Shown here piece by piece: positions 10,804 to 19,731 of a DNA stretch of 64,000 nucleotides. Under the pieces are notes generated by a model. The model saw only the letters and a program-made list of their open reading frames with translations, was not told where the DNA came from and searched no databases. Position numbers and translations under genes: made by a program. The DNA comes from Candidatus Omnitrophota bacterium (GTDB taxonomy: Bacteria > Omnitrophota > Gorgyraeia > Gygaellales > Gygaellaceae), in contig JAGYNB010000001.1 of NCBI GenBank assembly GCA_018400015.1, forward strand, positions 264,124 to 328,123. The letters run 5' to 3'. The first letter of the stretch is position 1. Each line of letters opens with the position of its first letter.

Positions 10804-11265
10804 ATGCGGTTTGGAAGAAGAGGTTTTTGTAAAGCATGGCAGGGTCAGATTAAAGATGCCGGGTATCGTTTAACTATACCCAGACAGGTTATTTTGGATG
10901 TGCTAGCAAATAACACCGGGCATCTAAGCGCTGAAGATATTTATTTAAAAGTGCATAAGATTTATCCTCAGATAGGCCTAACAACTATTTATAGGACTTT
11001 GGATTTGTTGGTTAGTGTGGGGGTTGTTTTAAAAAGCGATTTTGGAGATGGACGTGCGCGTTTTGAAATAAAAATAAAAGATAAAACACACCATCATCAT
11101 TTAATATGTACTAAATGTTCACGAGTAATAGATTATACGGATTTTATTGATAAAGAACTAAAACTTTTAGCCGAGACTAAAAAAGGGTTAAGTGAGAAGT
11201 TTGATTTTGAAATTACAGGCCATTTGATTCAATTTTACGGAGTATGTAAAGACTGCAGGTCTTAA
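10804..11265 (+). CDS. Fur family transcriptional regulator
   Basis: HLSAEDIY, TTIYRTL, HHHHLICTKC and C-terminal CKDC. Confidence 0.95.
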   Translation: MRFGRRGFCKAWQGQIKDAGYRLTIPRQVILDVLANNTGHLSAEDIYLKVHKIYPQIGLTTIYRTLDLLVSVGVVLKSDFGDGRARFEIKIKDKTHHHHLICTKCSRVIDYTDFIDKELKLLAETKKGLSEKFDFEITGHLIQFYGVCKDCRS

Positions 11266-11281
11266 AACAAAGGAGGGTATT

Positions 11282-11650
11282 ATGCCTAGAGGAGACGGAA
11301 CAGGTCCTATGGGACAGGGTTCAATGACAGGAAGAGGTTTAGGCTATTGTGCTGGTTTTAATGCACCAGGATATGCCAATTCAGGTTTTGGCAGAGGATT
11401 TGGTATGGGTGCAGGTCGCGGTATGGGAAGAGGCAGGCGCAACTGGTTTTACCAGACAGGGCTTCCTGGATGGGTAAGAGCGGGTTATGGTATGAGCGCT
11501 TACGGCAATCCTTATATGTCTGCCAACCAAGCTTATGCACCTTCAAAGAAGGACCAGCTTGATTATTTAAATAATGAAGCTGAAAGTTTAAAGGCAAGGT
11601 TAAAGGATATAGATTCTCAGATCAATAGTCTAGATAAGCAAGAAGAATAG
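11282..11650 (+). CDS. DUF5320-like Gly/Arg-rich protein
   Basis: MPRGDGTGPMGQGSMTGRGLGYC N-terminus; GRG repeats; C-terminal coiled coil. Confidence 0.85.
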   Translation: MPRGDGTGPMGQGSMTGRGLGYCAGFNAPGYANSGFGRGFGMGAGRGMGRGRRNWFYQTGLPGWVRAGYGMSAYGNPYMSANQAYAPSKKDQLDYLNNEAESLKARLKDIDSQINSLDKQEE

Positions 11651-11670
11651 GTAAACTAAAAGGAGATAAT

Positions 11671-12060
11671 ATGCGGTTTGCAATATCTACTGACGCAGGT
11701 GAGGTGTCTGCACATTTTGGCAGGTGCCCGTCTTTTACAATCGTTGATATTGAAGAAGGGATAGTAAAAAGTAGGACTATAGTGGCTAATCCAGGACATC
11801 ATCCAGGACATATTCCTAAATTTCTGCATGATAAGGGTGTAAATTGCGTTATTGCCGGCGGAATGGGTATGAATGCAACTAATTTATTCAATCAGTTTGA
11901 TATAAAAACGGTTGTGGGCGCGGTTGGTTCTATTGATGAGGTGGTTGAAGCCATACTTAAAGGTAATTTAACCGCTGGTGAAAGTACATGCAAACCTGGA
12001 CAGGGCAAAGGATATGGTTTGGATAAGACTGTCTGCGATCATGAAGACGGTCATGACTAA
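11671..12060 (+). CDS. NifB/NifX (FeMo-co binding, ORP-like) family protein
   Basis: SAHFGRC, NPGHHPGH, GGMG; His/Cys tail CDHEDGHD. Confidence 0.88.
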   Translation: MRFAISTDAGEVSAHFGRCPSFTIVDIEEGIVKSRTIVANPGHHPGHIPKFLHDKGVNCVIAGGMGMNATNLFNQFDIKTVVGAVGSIDEVVEAILKGNLTAGESTCKPGQGKGYGLDKTVCDHEDGHD

Positions 12061-12074
12061 CAGAAGGAGAGATA

Positions 12075-12440
12075 ATGAAAGTTTGTGTTAGTGCTCAAGG
12101 CGATAATTTAGATTCAAGCGTTGATCCGCGTTTTGGCCGTTGCCAGTATTTTGTTTTTGTTGATACGGATACTTTGGAATTTGAAGCTGTTAATAATCCC
12201 AACATTACCGGTATGGGCGGAGTGGGCATACAGTCAGCCCAGTTTATTGTCTCTAAAGGAGCAGAAGCTGTTCTTACGGGCAATGTCGGGCCGAACGCTT
12301 TCACTACATTACAGGCAGCTAATTTAAAAATCATTACTGGTGTAGCGGGCTCGGTAAAAGAGGCAGTGGATAATTATAAAAACGGAAAATACAATTCTAC
12401 AAACGGTCCCAGCGTAGATTCTAAATTCGGGATGTCTTAA
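12075..12440 (+). CDS. NifB/NifX (orange protein-like) family protein
   Basis: VDPRFGRC, GGVGIQSAQ, LTGNVGPNA. Confidence 0.9.
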   Translation: MKVCVSAQGDNLDSSVDPRFGRCQYFVFVDTDTLEFEAVNNPNITGMGGVGIQSAQFIVSKGAEAVLTGNVGPNAFTTLQAANLKIITGVAGSVKEAVDNYKNGKYNSTNGPSVDSKFGMS

Positions 12441-12451
12441 ATAATGCTATT

Positions 12452-13312
12452 ATGATAATATCAGTTGCAAGCGGCAAGGGTGGAACAGGTAAAACAACTG
12501 TTGCTGTTAATTTGGCTTTGTCTTTGGATGAAAAGCTGCAGTTTTTAGATTGCGATGTTGAAGAGCCTAATGCCCATTTATTTCTAAAGCCTAAAATAGA
12601 ACATGTCCAGCCGAGTTTTATTAAGGTGCCTGAGATAGATGAGTCTAAATGCAGTCTCTGCGGTAAGTGCCAGTCTGTTTGTCAATACAATGCATTAGCG
12701 GTTATGCCTAAAACCGATAAGGCAAGCGGCAAGGTTATGGTTTTCCAGCAACTTTGCCATGGCTGCGGTGGATGTATGTTGTTATGTCCTGAAAAAGCAA
12801 TAAAAGAAGTTGATAGGAAAATCGGCGTTGTGGAAATAGGCAAAGCCAAAGATATTGATTTTTTCCACGGGAAACTCGACATATCGGAACCTATGGCTCC
12901 TCCTTTAATCCGCCACGTCAAAAGATATATTGATAAGAATGCATTAGTTATCAGTGACTGTCCGCCAGGTACTTCTTGTCCTGTGGTTACGGCAGTCAAG
13001 GGAAGTGATTTTTGCCTATTGGTAACTGAACCAACGCCATTTGGCCTGCATGATTTAACCCTAGCTGTAGAATTATTAAGGATAATTCATGTAAAATTTG
13101 CTGTTGCAATCAATAAATCAGGTGAAACAGATAATATAATTGACGATTACTGTAAAAAAGAGAACATCCCTATATTATTAAAGCTTCCTTTTGATAAAAA
13201 AATAGCCTCAGCTTATTCTAAAGGCGAGAATATCGTAGAGGTGTTCAAAGAATACAAAAACAATTTTAAAGGTCTATTTAATTCAATAAAAACAATAGTA
13301 AACAATAAATGA
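12452..13312 (+). CDS. MinD-superfamily ATPase with inserted 2x[4Fe-4S] ferredoxin domain
   Basis: SGKGGTGKT, DCDVEEPN, two CxxCxxCxxxC motifs, DCPPGTSCP, VTEPTPFGLHD. Confidence 0.92.
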   Translation: MIISVASGKGGTGKTTVAVNLALSLDEKLQFLDCDVEEPNAHLFLKPKIEHVQPSFIKVPEIDESKCSLCGKCQSVCQYNALAVMPKTDKASGKVMVFQQLCHGCGGCMLLCPEKAIKEVDRKIGVVEIGKAKDIDFFHGKLDISEPMAPPLIRHVKRYIDKNALVISDCPPGTSCPVVTAVKGSDFCLLVTEPTPFGLHDLTLAVELLRIIHVKFAVAINKSGETDNIIDDYCKKENIPILLKLPFDKKIASAYSKGENIVEVFKEYKNNFKGLFNSIKTIVNNK

Positions 13313-14163
13313 AACAGATACTTGTTATAAGCGGCAAGGGTGGAACAGGTAAAACAGTATTGTCTGCTTCGTTTGCATCGTTAGCAAAAAAATGCGTAGT
13401 TTCCGATTGTGATGTGGATGCGGCGGATTTACATCTATTGCTTAGGCCAAAGGTAAAAGAAACAATTAATTTTAAAAGCGGTAAAAGCGCCAATATTGAT
13501 GAGAATTTATGCATAAAATGCGGCAAATGCATTAATTTTTGCAGGTTTGATGCTATTACCAGTGACATTAGAATTGACCATGCTTCCTGTGAAGGTTGCG
13601 GTGTATGTACTTATTTTTGCCCTGTTTCGGCGATTAAGATGATAGAAAACGAATGTGGAGAGTGTTTTATATCCGATACTCGTTATGGCACCATGGTCCA
13701 TGCGCGGCTGGGGATTGCTGAAGAAAATTCCGGCAAGCTGGTGAGCCTGGTGAGAAAAAAATCTCAGGAGATAGCTGCGGAACAAAATTGCGAGTTTTTG
13801 ATAATTGACGGGCCTCCGGGAATAGGTTGTCCGGTTATTGCTTCTCTTTCCGGTGTGGATGTTGCGGTTATTGTAACTGAGCCTACCTTATCGGGTTTGC
13901 ATGATGCAAAAAGAGTAATTGAGGTGGCGCGCCACTTCAAAGTTGCAGTTAATTTAGTAATAAATAAGTTTGACCTTAATCTGGATATGACTAAAACCAT
14001 AGAAGGCTATTGCAGTAAAAATAATATTAGGTTGTTGGGTAAGATTGCTTTTGATGAAGCATTTGTTAAAAGCCTTATTGAGGTAAAGCCGATAGTAGAG
14101 TGTGAGTATAGCAAGGTAAATAAGGATATAGTGGATATTTGGCAGAAGTTAGCTTATAATTAA
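13309..14163 (+). CDS. MinD-superfamily ATPase with inserted ferredoxin domain (paralog)
   Basis: SGKGGTGKT, DCDVDAADL, two ferredoxin motifs, SGKLV, DGPPGIGCP. Confidence 0.92.
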   Translation: MKQILVISGKGGTGKTVLSASFASLAKKCVVSDCDVDAADLHLLLRPKVKETINFKSGKSANIDENLCIKCGKCINFCRFDAITSDIRIDHASCEGCGVCTYFCPVSAIKMIENECGECFISDTRYGTMVHARLGIAEENSGKLVSLVRKKSQEIAAEQNCEFLIIDGPPGIGCPVIASLSGVDVAVIVTEPTLSGLHDAKRVIEVARHFKVAVNLVINKFDLNLDMTKTIEGYCSKNNIRLLGKIAFDEAFVKSLIEVKPIVECEYSKVNKDIVDIWQKLAYN

Positions 14164-14168
14164 AAATA

Positions 14169-14960
14169 ATGAAAGAACAAAATTTTAAATATATCTATGG
14201 ACCTGTTTCCAGCTGGCGGCTGGGAAGTTCGCTCGGAGTTGATCCTATATGTACGCGTGGCAAGGTATGTTCTTTTAACTGCATTTATTGCCAGATAGGC
14301 AAGACAACAAAGCTAACTACCAAAAGAGAGGTTTTTGTAGACGCGGATAAGATTGTAAGCGAGATAAAATTACTGCCCAAAAGAAGAATCGATTATATTA
14401 CTTTATCCGGTATGGGAGAGCCGACTTTAGCAGCGAATTTATCCGAGATTATAAAAAAAATCAGGAGAATACGCAAAGAAAAAATTGCCGTAATCACCAA
14501 TTCTTCTCTTTTAGGCGATAAAGATGTCAGAAGAGATTTATCCTTGGTGGACTTTGTGATTGCAAAATTAGACGCTCCCAATGAATGGATATATTCTAAG
14601 ATCAACAGGCCCTATGGACTGGTGAAGTTTAATGATATAGTAAAAGGTATAAAGAATTTTAAAAAAACTTTTAAGAAAAAACTTGCTATACAGATAATGT
14701 TTACTGCTATCAATAAGGATTTTGCTTTAGAGTTGTCGCGTTTGGTTAATTCGATTAATCCCGATGAAGTGCAGATTAATACCCCCTTAAGGCCTTCGAA
14801 GATAGAGCCTTTAATCAAGAAGGAGTTAAAGAAGATCACGGATATTTTCAAAAAAACCTGCAAGAAGATAAATGTTGTGAGCGTTTATGATGTTAAAAAG
14901 AAGAAAGTGGAATCAATCAGCCAGCCGGATACCTTAAGAAGAAGAGGTAAACCTTATTAG
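14169..14960 (+). CDS. Radical SAM protein (COG0731/TYW1-like)
   Basis: YGPVSSWRLGSSLGVD, CSFNCIYC, GEPTL, KLDA, NTPLRP. Confidence 0.85.
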   Translation: MKEQNFKYIYGPVSSWRLGSSLGVDPICTRGKVCSFNCIYCQIGKTTKLTTKREVFVDADKIVSEIKLLPKRRIDYITLSGMGEPTLAANLSEIIKKIRRIRKEKIAVITNSSLLGDKDVRRDLSLVDFVIAKLDAPNEWIYSKINRPYGLVKFNDIVKGIKNFKKTFKKKLAIQIMFTAINKDFALELSRLVNSINPDEVQINTPLRPSKIEPLIKKELKKITDIFKKTCKKINVVSVYDVKKKKVESISQPDTLRRRGKPY

Positions 14961-14963
14961 TTT

Positions 14964-15854
14964 ATGCAGACCTACCTAGATTGTATCCCTTGTTTTTTCA
15001 AGCAGGCAATAGAATCATCCCGCATGATCGGCGCCTCAAATAATGAACAGGAGTGCATTATAAGGGAGATTTCTCAATTGTTAGCTGAGGCTTCTTTTAG
15101 GCAGTCTCCACCTGAGATAGCAAGTTCAATCCATGCGATAATAAAGAAGGTTACAGGTAACCCCGATCCCTATAGGCAGATTAAAATTAAAAGCAATAAG
15201 AAAGCTTTGAAGATTTATCCAAAGTTAAAAAGAATTGTAAAGAGTAAAGCCAACAGGCTTTTAATAGCAACAGAGCTGGCTATTGCCGGCAATATCATTG
15301 ATTACGGGGTTAAAAATTCTCTTAATGTTGAAGAGGAGCTAAAGAAAATATTAGTTCAGGAAGAGCAAAATCTTAAAAAGAAAAAAAAGTTTTTTGATTT
15401 TTCTCATTTTGAAAAAGACTTAAAGAAAGCCGATAGAATTGTTTATTTGGCTGATAATGCAGGCGAGATTGTTTTCGACCGTGTATTATTAGAAGAGATT
15501 AAATCACTTTTTCCAAAGAAGAAGATTTATTTTGTTGTAAAGGAAAAACCGATTATAAACGATGCCTTGGCCGGTGATGCTTTGTTTTGCAAGATCGATA
15601 AATTTACCGAGATTATCTCTTCCGGATTAGACACTCCCGGCACTGTTTTGGCTAGATGCAGTAAAAGTTTTTTAAATATTTTTAATAAAGCGGATATGGT
15701 TATCAGTAAAGGCCAGGGCAATTTTGAGTCGTTAAGTTCATCAAAAAAGAAAATCTACTTTTTATTCATGGCCAAATGCCCTGTAGTTGCAGATAGCATT
15801 GCTTGTCAGGTAGGCGATATTAACTTAGTCAATAGCAGTCTGAGAAGATTATAA
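14964..15854 (+). CDS. DUF89/ARMT1-like damage-control phosphatase
   Basis: CIPCF, DPY, GNIIDYG, DNAGEIVFD, KGQGNFESL. Confidence 0.9.
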   Translation: MQTYLDCIPCFFKQAIESSRMIGASNNEQECIIREISQLLAEASFRQSPPEIASSIHAIIKKVTGNPDPYRQIKIKSNKKALKIYPKLKRIVKSKANRLLIATELAIAGNIIDYGVKNSLNVEEELKKILVQEEQNLKKKKKFFDFSHFEKDLKKADRIVYLADNAGEIVFDRVLLEEIKSLFPKKKIYFVVKEKPIINDALAGDALFCKIDKFTEIISSGLDTPGTVLARCSKSFLNIFNKADMVISKGQGNFESLSSSKKKIYFLFMAKCPVVADSIACQVGDINLVNSSLRRL

Positions 15855-15866
15855 ATAAAAAGTATT

Positions 15867-16580
15867 ATGCATAAAATATTATTGATTAAACAGGGTTCAA
15901 CCAAAAAAGACCGTTCTCTTCGCAAATGGGGATTAAGTTTTTTAATCGATGATGATATCATATTCGATACTTTTGGCTCAAGAGAAGATCTTATTGCAGA
16001 GATTAAAAGTTTATCGATAGATTTAAACAAAATACGTCATGTAGTTATCTCACACGATCACTGGGATCATATAGAAGGGTTATCCTACATATTAGAAAGA
16101 AATAAAGATCTTACCGTATACCTGCCGTTTAAAACAAATGAAGATTTAATAAACAAAATTATCTCTTCCGGAGTAAATTTAGAATTAGTAAATCAAAGCA
16201 TAAAGATAAAAGATGGTATTTTTGTAAGTAAGCAGATGGTTAATGCTTTGGATAAAAATACCGTTTTTGAGCATTGTCTGGTGATTGATACAACAGAGGG
16301 TTTGGTTGTGATTACAGGCTGTGCGCACCCTGGGATTGATTATATGGTAAAAGAAGTAAAGAATGATTTTAAAAAGCGGATCAGGTTGTTAATTGGCGGA
16401 TTTCATTTGAAGAATGAGCCGGAAGATAAAATAAGAGCGGTTATAGACAGGCTTATTGTTCTTGGCGTAAAAGAAGTTGCGCCAATCCATTGTACAGGGG
16501 AAGTTGCTACAGGTTTATTCAAAGAGTATTTTAAGGATAGATTTATCGATTTAATTAATTCCCGCCAGGTTACAGTTTAA
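15867..16580 (+). CDS. Metallo-beta-lactamase fold hydrolase (COG1237-like)
   Basis: SHDHWDH, TGCAHPG, GGFHL, HCTG. Confidence 0.88.
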   Translation: MHKILLIKQGSTKKDRSLRKWGLSFLIDDDIIFDTFGSREDLIAEIKSLSIDLNKIRHVVISHDHWDHIEGLSYILERNKDLTVYLPFKTNEDLINKIISSGVNLELVNQSIKIKDGIFVSKQMVNALDKNTVFEHCLVIDTTEGLVVITGCAHPGIDYMVKEVKNDFKKRIRLLIGGFHLKNEPEDKIRAVIDRLIVLGVKEVAPIHCTGEVATGLFKEYFKDRFIDLINSRQVTV

Positions 16581-16640
16581 TAGAAACCCTTAAATTTTAT
16601 TCGCAATAGTTTGTTGTTTTTGGTAGAATAATAAATAATT

Positions 16641-17384
16641 ATGAGAAAGAAAAGGAATATTTTTGTTGTTTTGTTTTTTTGTTTAGTGTTGTCATCATGC
16701 GCTTCTGCAGTAGTTAAGCCTGTTTCTGGGCCTATTTATCAGCCGCCTGCTCCTGTAATAAGGGCTAATATAACCCATACGGTAGCACCTGGTGAAACTG
16801 TCTGGCGTATAAGCAAGATGTATGATGTACCGATGAACGATGTCATCAGATACAATAATATCAAAAGGGTGGATGATCTGAAGATGGGGCAGAAATTAGT
16901 CATTCCTAATGCCGCACCGATTAAGCCGGTTATTACTCTTTATCCGTCCCGAAAATGGAAATATATCATAATCCACCACAGCGCTACTGATGAGGGCAAT
17001 GCATTTTGTTTTTATAATTCACATAGAAAAAGAGGCTGGAAGGACTTGGGGTATCATTTTGTAATCGATAATGGCACTAAAGGAAAAACCAATGGCCAGA
17101 TTGAGACGTCTTCTCGTTGGCTTAAGCAGGAAGACGGCGCTCATTGTAAGGCCAATAATATGAATTCAAGGGGAATTGGAGTCTGTTTGGTGGGAAATTT
17201 TAGTAAAGAAAGATTATCAGACAAACAAATGGATTCTTTAGTTTATCTGGTCGATACTTTAAGAAAGTATTACGGGGTTCCTTTAAGCAATATCCTTGGC
17301 CATGGTCAGGTAAAAGGTGCAAGGACAGAGTGTCCGGGAAAACTTTTCCCCTGGTCTGAATTCAAAAGAAGATTATCGCAGTAA
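16641..17384 (+). CDS. LysM-containing N-acetylmuramoyl-L-alanine amidase (Amidase_2), probable lipoprotein
   Basis: Lipobox LSSC; LysM (HTVAPGETVWRIS); IIIHHSAT, LGYHFVI, GAH, GH...TECPG. Confidence 0.9.
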   Translation: MRKKRNIFVVLFFCLVLSSCASAVVKPVSGPIYQPPAPVIRANITHTVAPGETVWRISKMYDVPMNDVIRYNNIKRVDDLKMGQKLVIPNAAPIKPVITLYPSRKWKYIIIHHSATDEGNAFCFYNSHRKRGWKDLGYHFVIDNGTKGKTNGQIETSSRWLKQEDGAHCKANNMNSRGIGVCLVGNFSKERLSDKQMDSLVYLVDTLRKYYGVPLSNILGHGQVKGARTECPGKLFPWSEFKRRLSQ

Positions 17385-17408
17385 TATTTTTTAAAAAAGG
17401 AGGCTGTT

Positions 17409-17864
17409 ATGAAGGCAAAAGAGATAATGTCGAAAAATGTCATTACAGTCTCACCTAGCGACGATGCCCAAGATGCTTTAGGTTTATTACAGAGAAAGCG
17501 CATAAGCGCCCTTCCGGTTGTAAATGAAAAAGGCGAAGCAATAGGGATGTTTAGTGAAAAAGAGATTCTTTCTTTTGTTTTTCCCAGTTACATCCAGCAT
17601 GTAGGTAATTTTGTTTATGAAGAAAACCCCAAGTCAATCAAGAAAAAATTCAACGAACTAAAAGGTGTTCCTGTTAAAAAACTTATGCGTGATGGCGTGC
17701 TTACGATAAATGAAAACGCTACGCTTTGTGAGATAGCCCGTATCATGATGACGGAAAAATCCCGCAGAATATGCGTTATCGATGATAATAATAAGCTTTT
17801 AGGCATAGTTGGCCGTTGTGATGCCATAGCTGCTTTTATCAAGGAAGCAGAAGAGGCAAAATAA
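17409..17864 (+). CDS. CBS-pair protein
   Basis: AKEIMS..VITVSP, ISALPVV, second CBS repeat VKKLM...LLGIV. Confidence 0.9.
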   Translation: MKAKEIMSKNVITVSPSDDAQDALGLLQRKRISALPVVNEKGEAIGMFSEKEILSFVFPSYIQHVGNFVYEENPKSIKKKFNELKGVPVKKLMRDGVLTINENATLCEIARIMMTEKSRRICVIDDNNKLLGIVGRCDAIAAFIKEAEEAK

Positions 17865-17870
17865 TAATCA

Positions 17871-19253
17871 ATGATTAAAAAGTTTATAATTCTTTTCAGT
17901 CTTGTTTTGACTGCCGGTATTCTCGCTTCAAAAATCGGTTTTACTACTCAGCAGGTAATTGCCATATCCATATTTTCAACATCCATCCTCGGTACTCTTT
18001 TTTTCTGGGATTTCCGCTTGAGTTTCGCATTTTTAGGCACATCAATACTGCTTATAACTAAGACAATCAATTTAGAAAGTGTTATTAAGTATTCATCTTT
18101 AGAGGTAATACTTTTTTTAGTTGGCATGATGGTTTTGGTGGGATTGTTGAAGAATGCAGGATTTTTTGCCTGGATTGTCAGTCTTATTTTAAGGATAAAG
18201 AATCTTAACGCCAACAGATTCCTGATTGCAATTTCATTTATTTCTGCTCTTTTAGCCTGTGCTGTGGATGAGGTTACTTCAATCATATTCGTAGTTGCGG
18301 CGATATTTGAAATCTGCGATTATTTTGAGGTAGAACCCACGCCATTTTTAATAATTTCAATTCTATCAACCAATATCGGTTCAAGCGGTACGGTTTTGGG
18401 TAATCCCATCGGTATTTTAATTGCTGCAAAATCAGGCCTGACGTTCGAAGATTTTATTCTAAAGGCGTTTCCGATAATGCTTCTATGTATCGGGGTAACC
18501 TTTTTAGTGGTGAAGAAATGGTTTAAAAAGCCGCTGCAGGAGCTGGACAATAAAATTAAGGAGTTTGGCTATAATGATATGTTGGTAAGGTTGATTTCAG
18601 TTCCTCCGGAAAGGGAGCTGAAGATTAGTCTGGGTATTTTTGGCGTGACGTTATTTTTTATTGCCTTGCATCATAGATTAGAGGTGCTTCTGGGTTTAGA
18701 GCCTAATACAATACTTTTGATCATGCCTTTAATCTCAAGCGGATGTGTGATGATCTGGAAACACAAACGCGCCAGGGAATATATTGAAAAGCATGTTGAG
18801 TGGTGGACGCTTTTGTTTTTTATGCTTCTTTTTGCCCAGGCAGGCACATTAAAGTATACCGGCGCGACCGATGTCTTAGCGGAAAAGTTAGTCAGTTTTG
18901 CCGGCAGCAGCGTTAATTTCTTAATCACAATTGTATTGTGGGTTTCGGCAATCGGTTCGTGCATGCTGGATAATGTAGTGTTAGTGGCCGCGTTTATTCC
19001 TATAATACAGAGTTTTGAGTCTTTTAGTATAAGTGTACAGCCTTTATGGTGGGCGCTATTATTCGGCGGATGTTTCGGCGGCAATATTACCATAATCGGC
19101 TCAACCGCCAATATCGTTGCTTTAGGAATATTAGAAAAAGATAAAAATATAAAGATAACATTCTTTAAGTGGTTCTGGATCGGCTTGACTATAGGTTTGA
19201 TGACCACAACCATTGTCTGGATAGTTTTAACCATACTTCCATTTTATAAATAG
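17871..19253 (+). CDS. ArsB/NhaD/SLC13-type ion permease
   Basis: Many TM helices; NIGSSGTVLGNP, LDNV, FGGNITIIGSTAN. Confidence 0.88.
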   Translation: MIKKFIILFSLVLTAGILASKIGFTTQQVIAISIFSTSILGTLFFWDFRLSFAFLGTSILLITKTINLESVIKYSSLEVILFLVGMMVLVGLLKNAGFFAWIVSLILRIKNLNANRFLIAISFISALLACAVDEVTSIIFVVAAIFEICDYFEVEPTPFLIISILSTNIGSSGTVLGNPIGILIAAKSGLTFEDFILKAFPIMLLCIGVTFLVVKKWFKKPLQELDNKIKEFGYNDMLVRLISVPPERELKISLGIFGVTLFFIALHHRLEVLLGLEPNTILLIMPLISSGCVMIWKHKRAREYIEKHVEWWTLLFFMLLFAQAGTLKYTGATDVLAEKLVSFAGSSVNFLITIVLWVSAIGSCMLDNVVLVAAFIPIIQSFESFSISVQPLWWALLFGGCFGGNITIIGSTANIVALGILEKDKNIKITFFKWFWIGLTIGLMTTTIVWIVLTILPFYK

Positions 19254-19262
19254 GAGATATTT

Positions 19263-19709
19263 ATGAATATAGCCGAATATATTAAAAAAGAGTGTTTAGT
19301 AATGGATTTAAGCTCCAATATAAAAGAAGATGCGATAGCCGAAGTAGCCGCTACTTTTAGTGATGAAAGCGTAAAGGATAAACAGCTTTTTGTAAAAGAG
19401 ATCCTGCAAAGGGAAGAGGAAGGCTCAACCGGAATCGGTTTTGGCGTGGCAATTCCCCATGCGCGCACAGACCAGGTAAAAGATTTTGTCATTGGTTTTG
19501 GCCGTTCTAAAGCTGGAATTGAGTTTAATTCTATTGATAAACAAAAAGTGCATATTATTTTCGTATTAGGGGCAAACCCTGATTATATGAGTCTGTATTT
19601 AAGGATGCTGGCAGAGTTAGCAAAGTATCTCATGTATGAAGATGTAAGAGAAAAGATTATTGCTGCAGCAGACACAGAATATGTTTTAAGGGTATTCAAT
19701 AAGGGTTGA
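19263..19709 (+). CDS. PTS EIIA (Ntr/fructose-type) domain protein
   Basis: REEEGSTGIGFGVAIPHAR with phospho-acceptor His. Confidence 0.92.
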   Translation: MNIAEYIKKECLVMDLSSNIKEDAIAEVAATFSDESVKDKQLFVKEILQREEEGSTGIGFGVAIPHARTDQVKDFVIGFGRSKAGIEFNSIDKQKVHIIFVLGANPDYMSLYLRMLAELAKYLMYEDVREKIIAAADTEYVLRVFNKG

Positions 19710-19731
19710 ATAAAGCTATTTTTAAATTAAA

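Noticed and set aside
11671-12440. Nitrogen fixation genes
   Set aside because: NifB/NifX-family domains without nifHDK; the context matches ORP-like operons.
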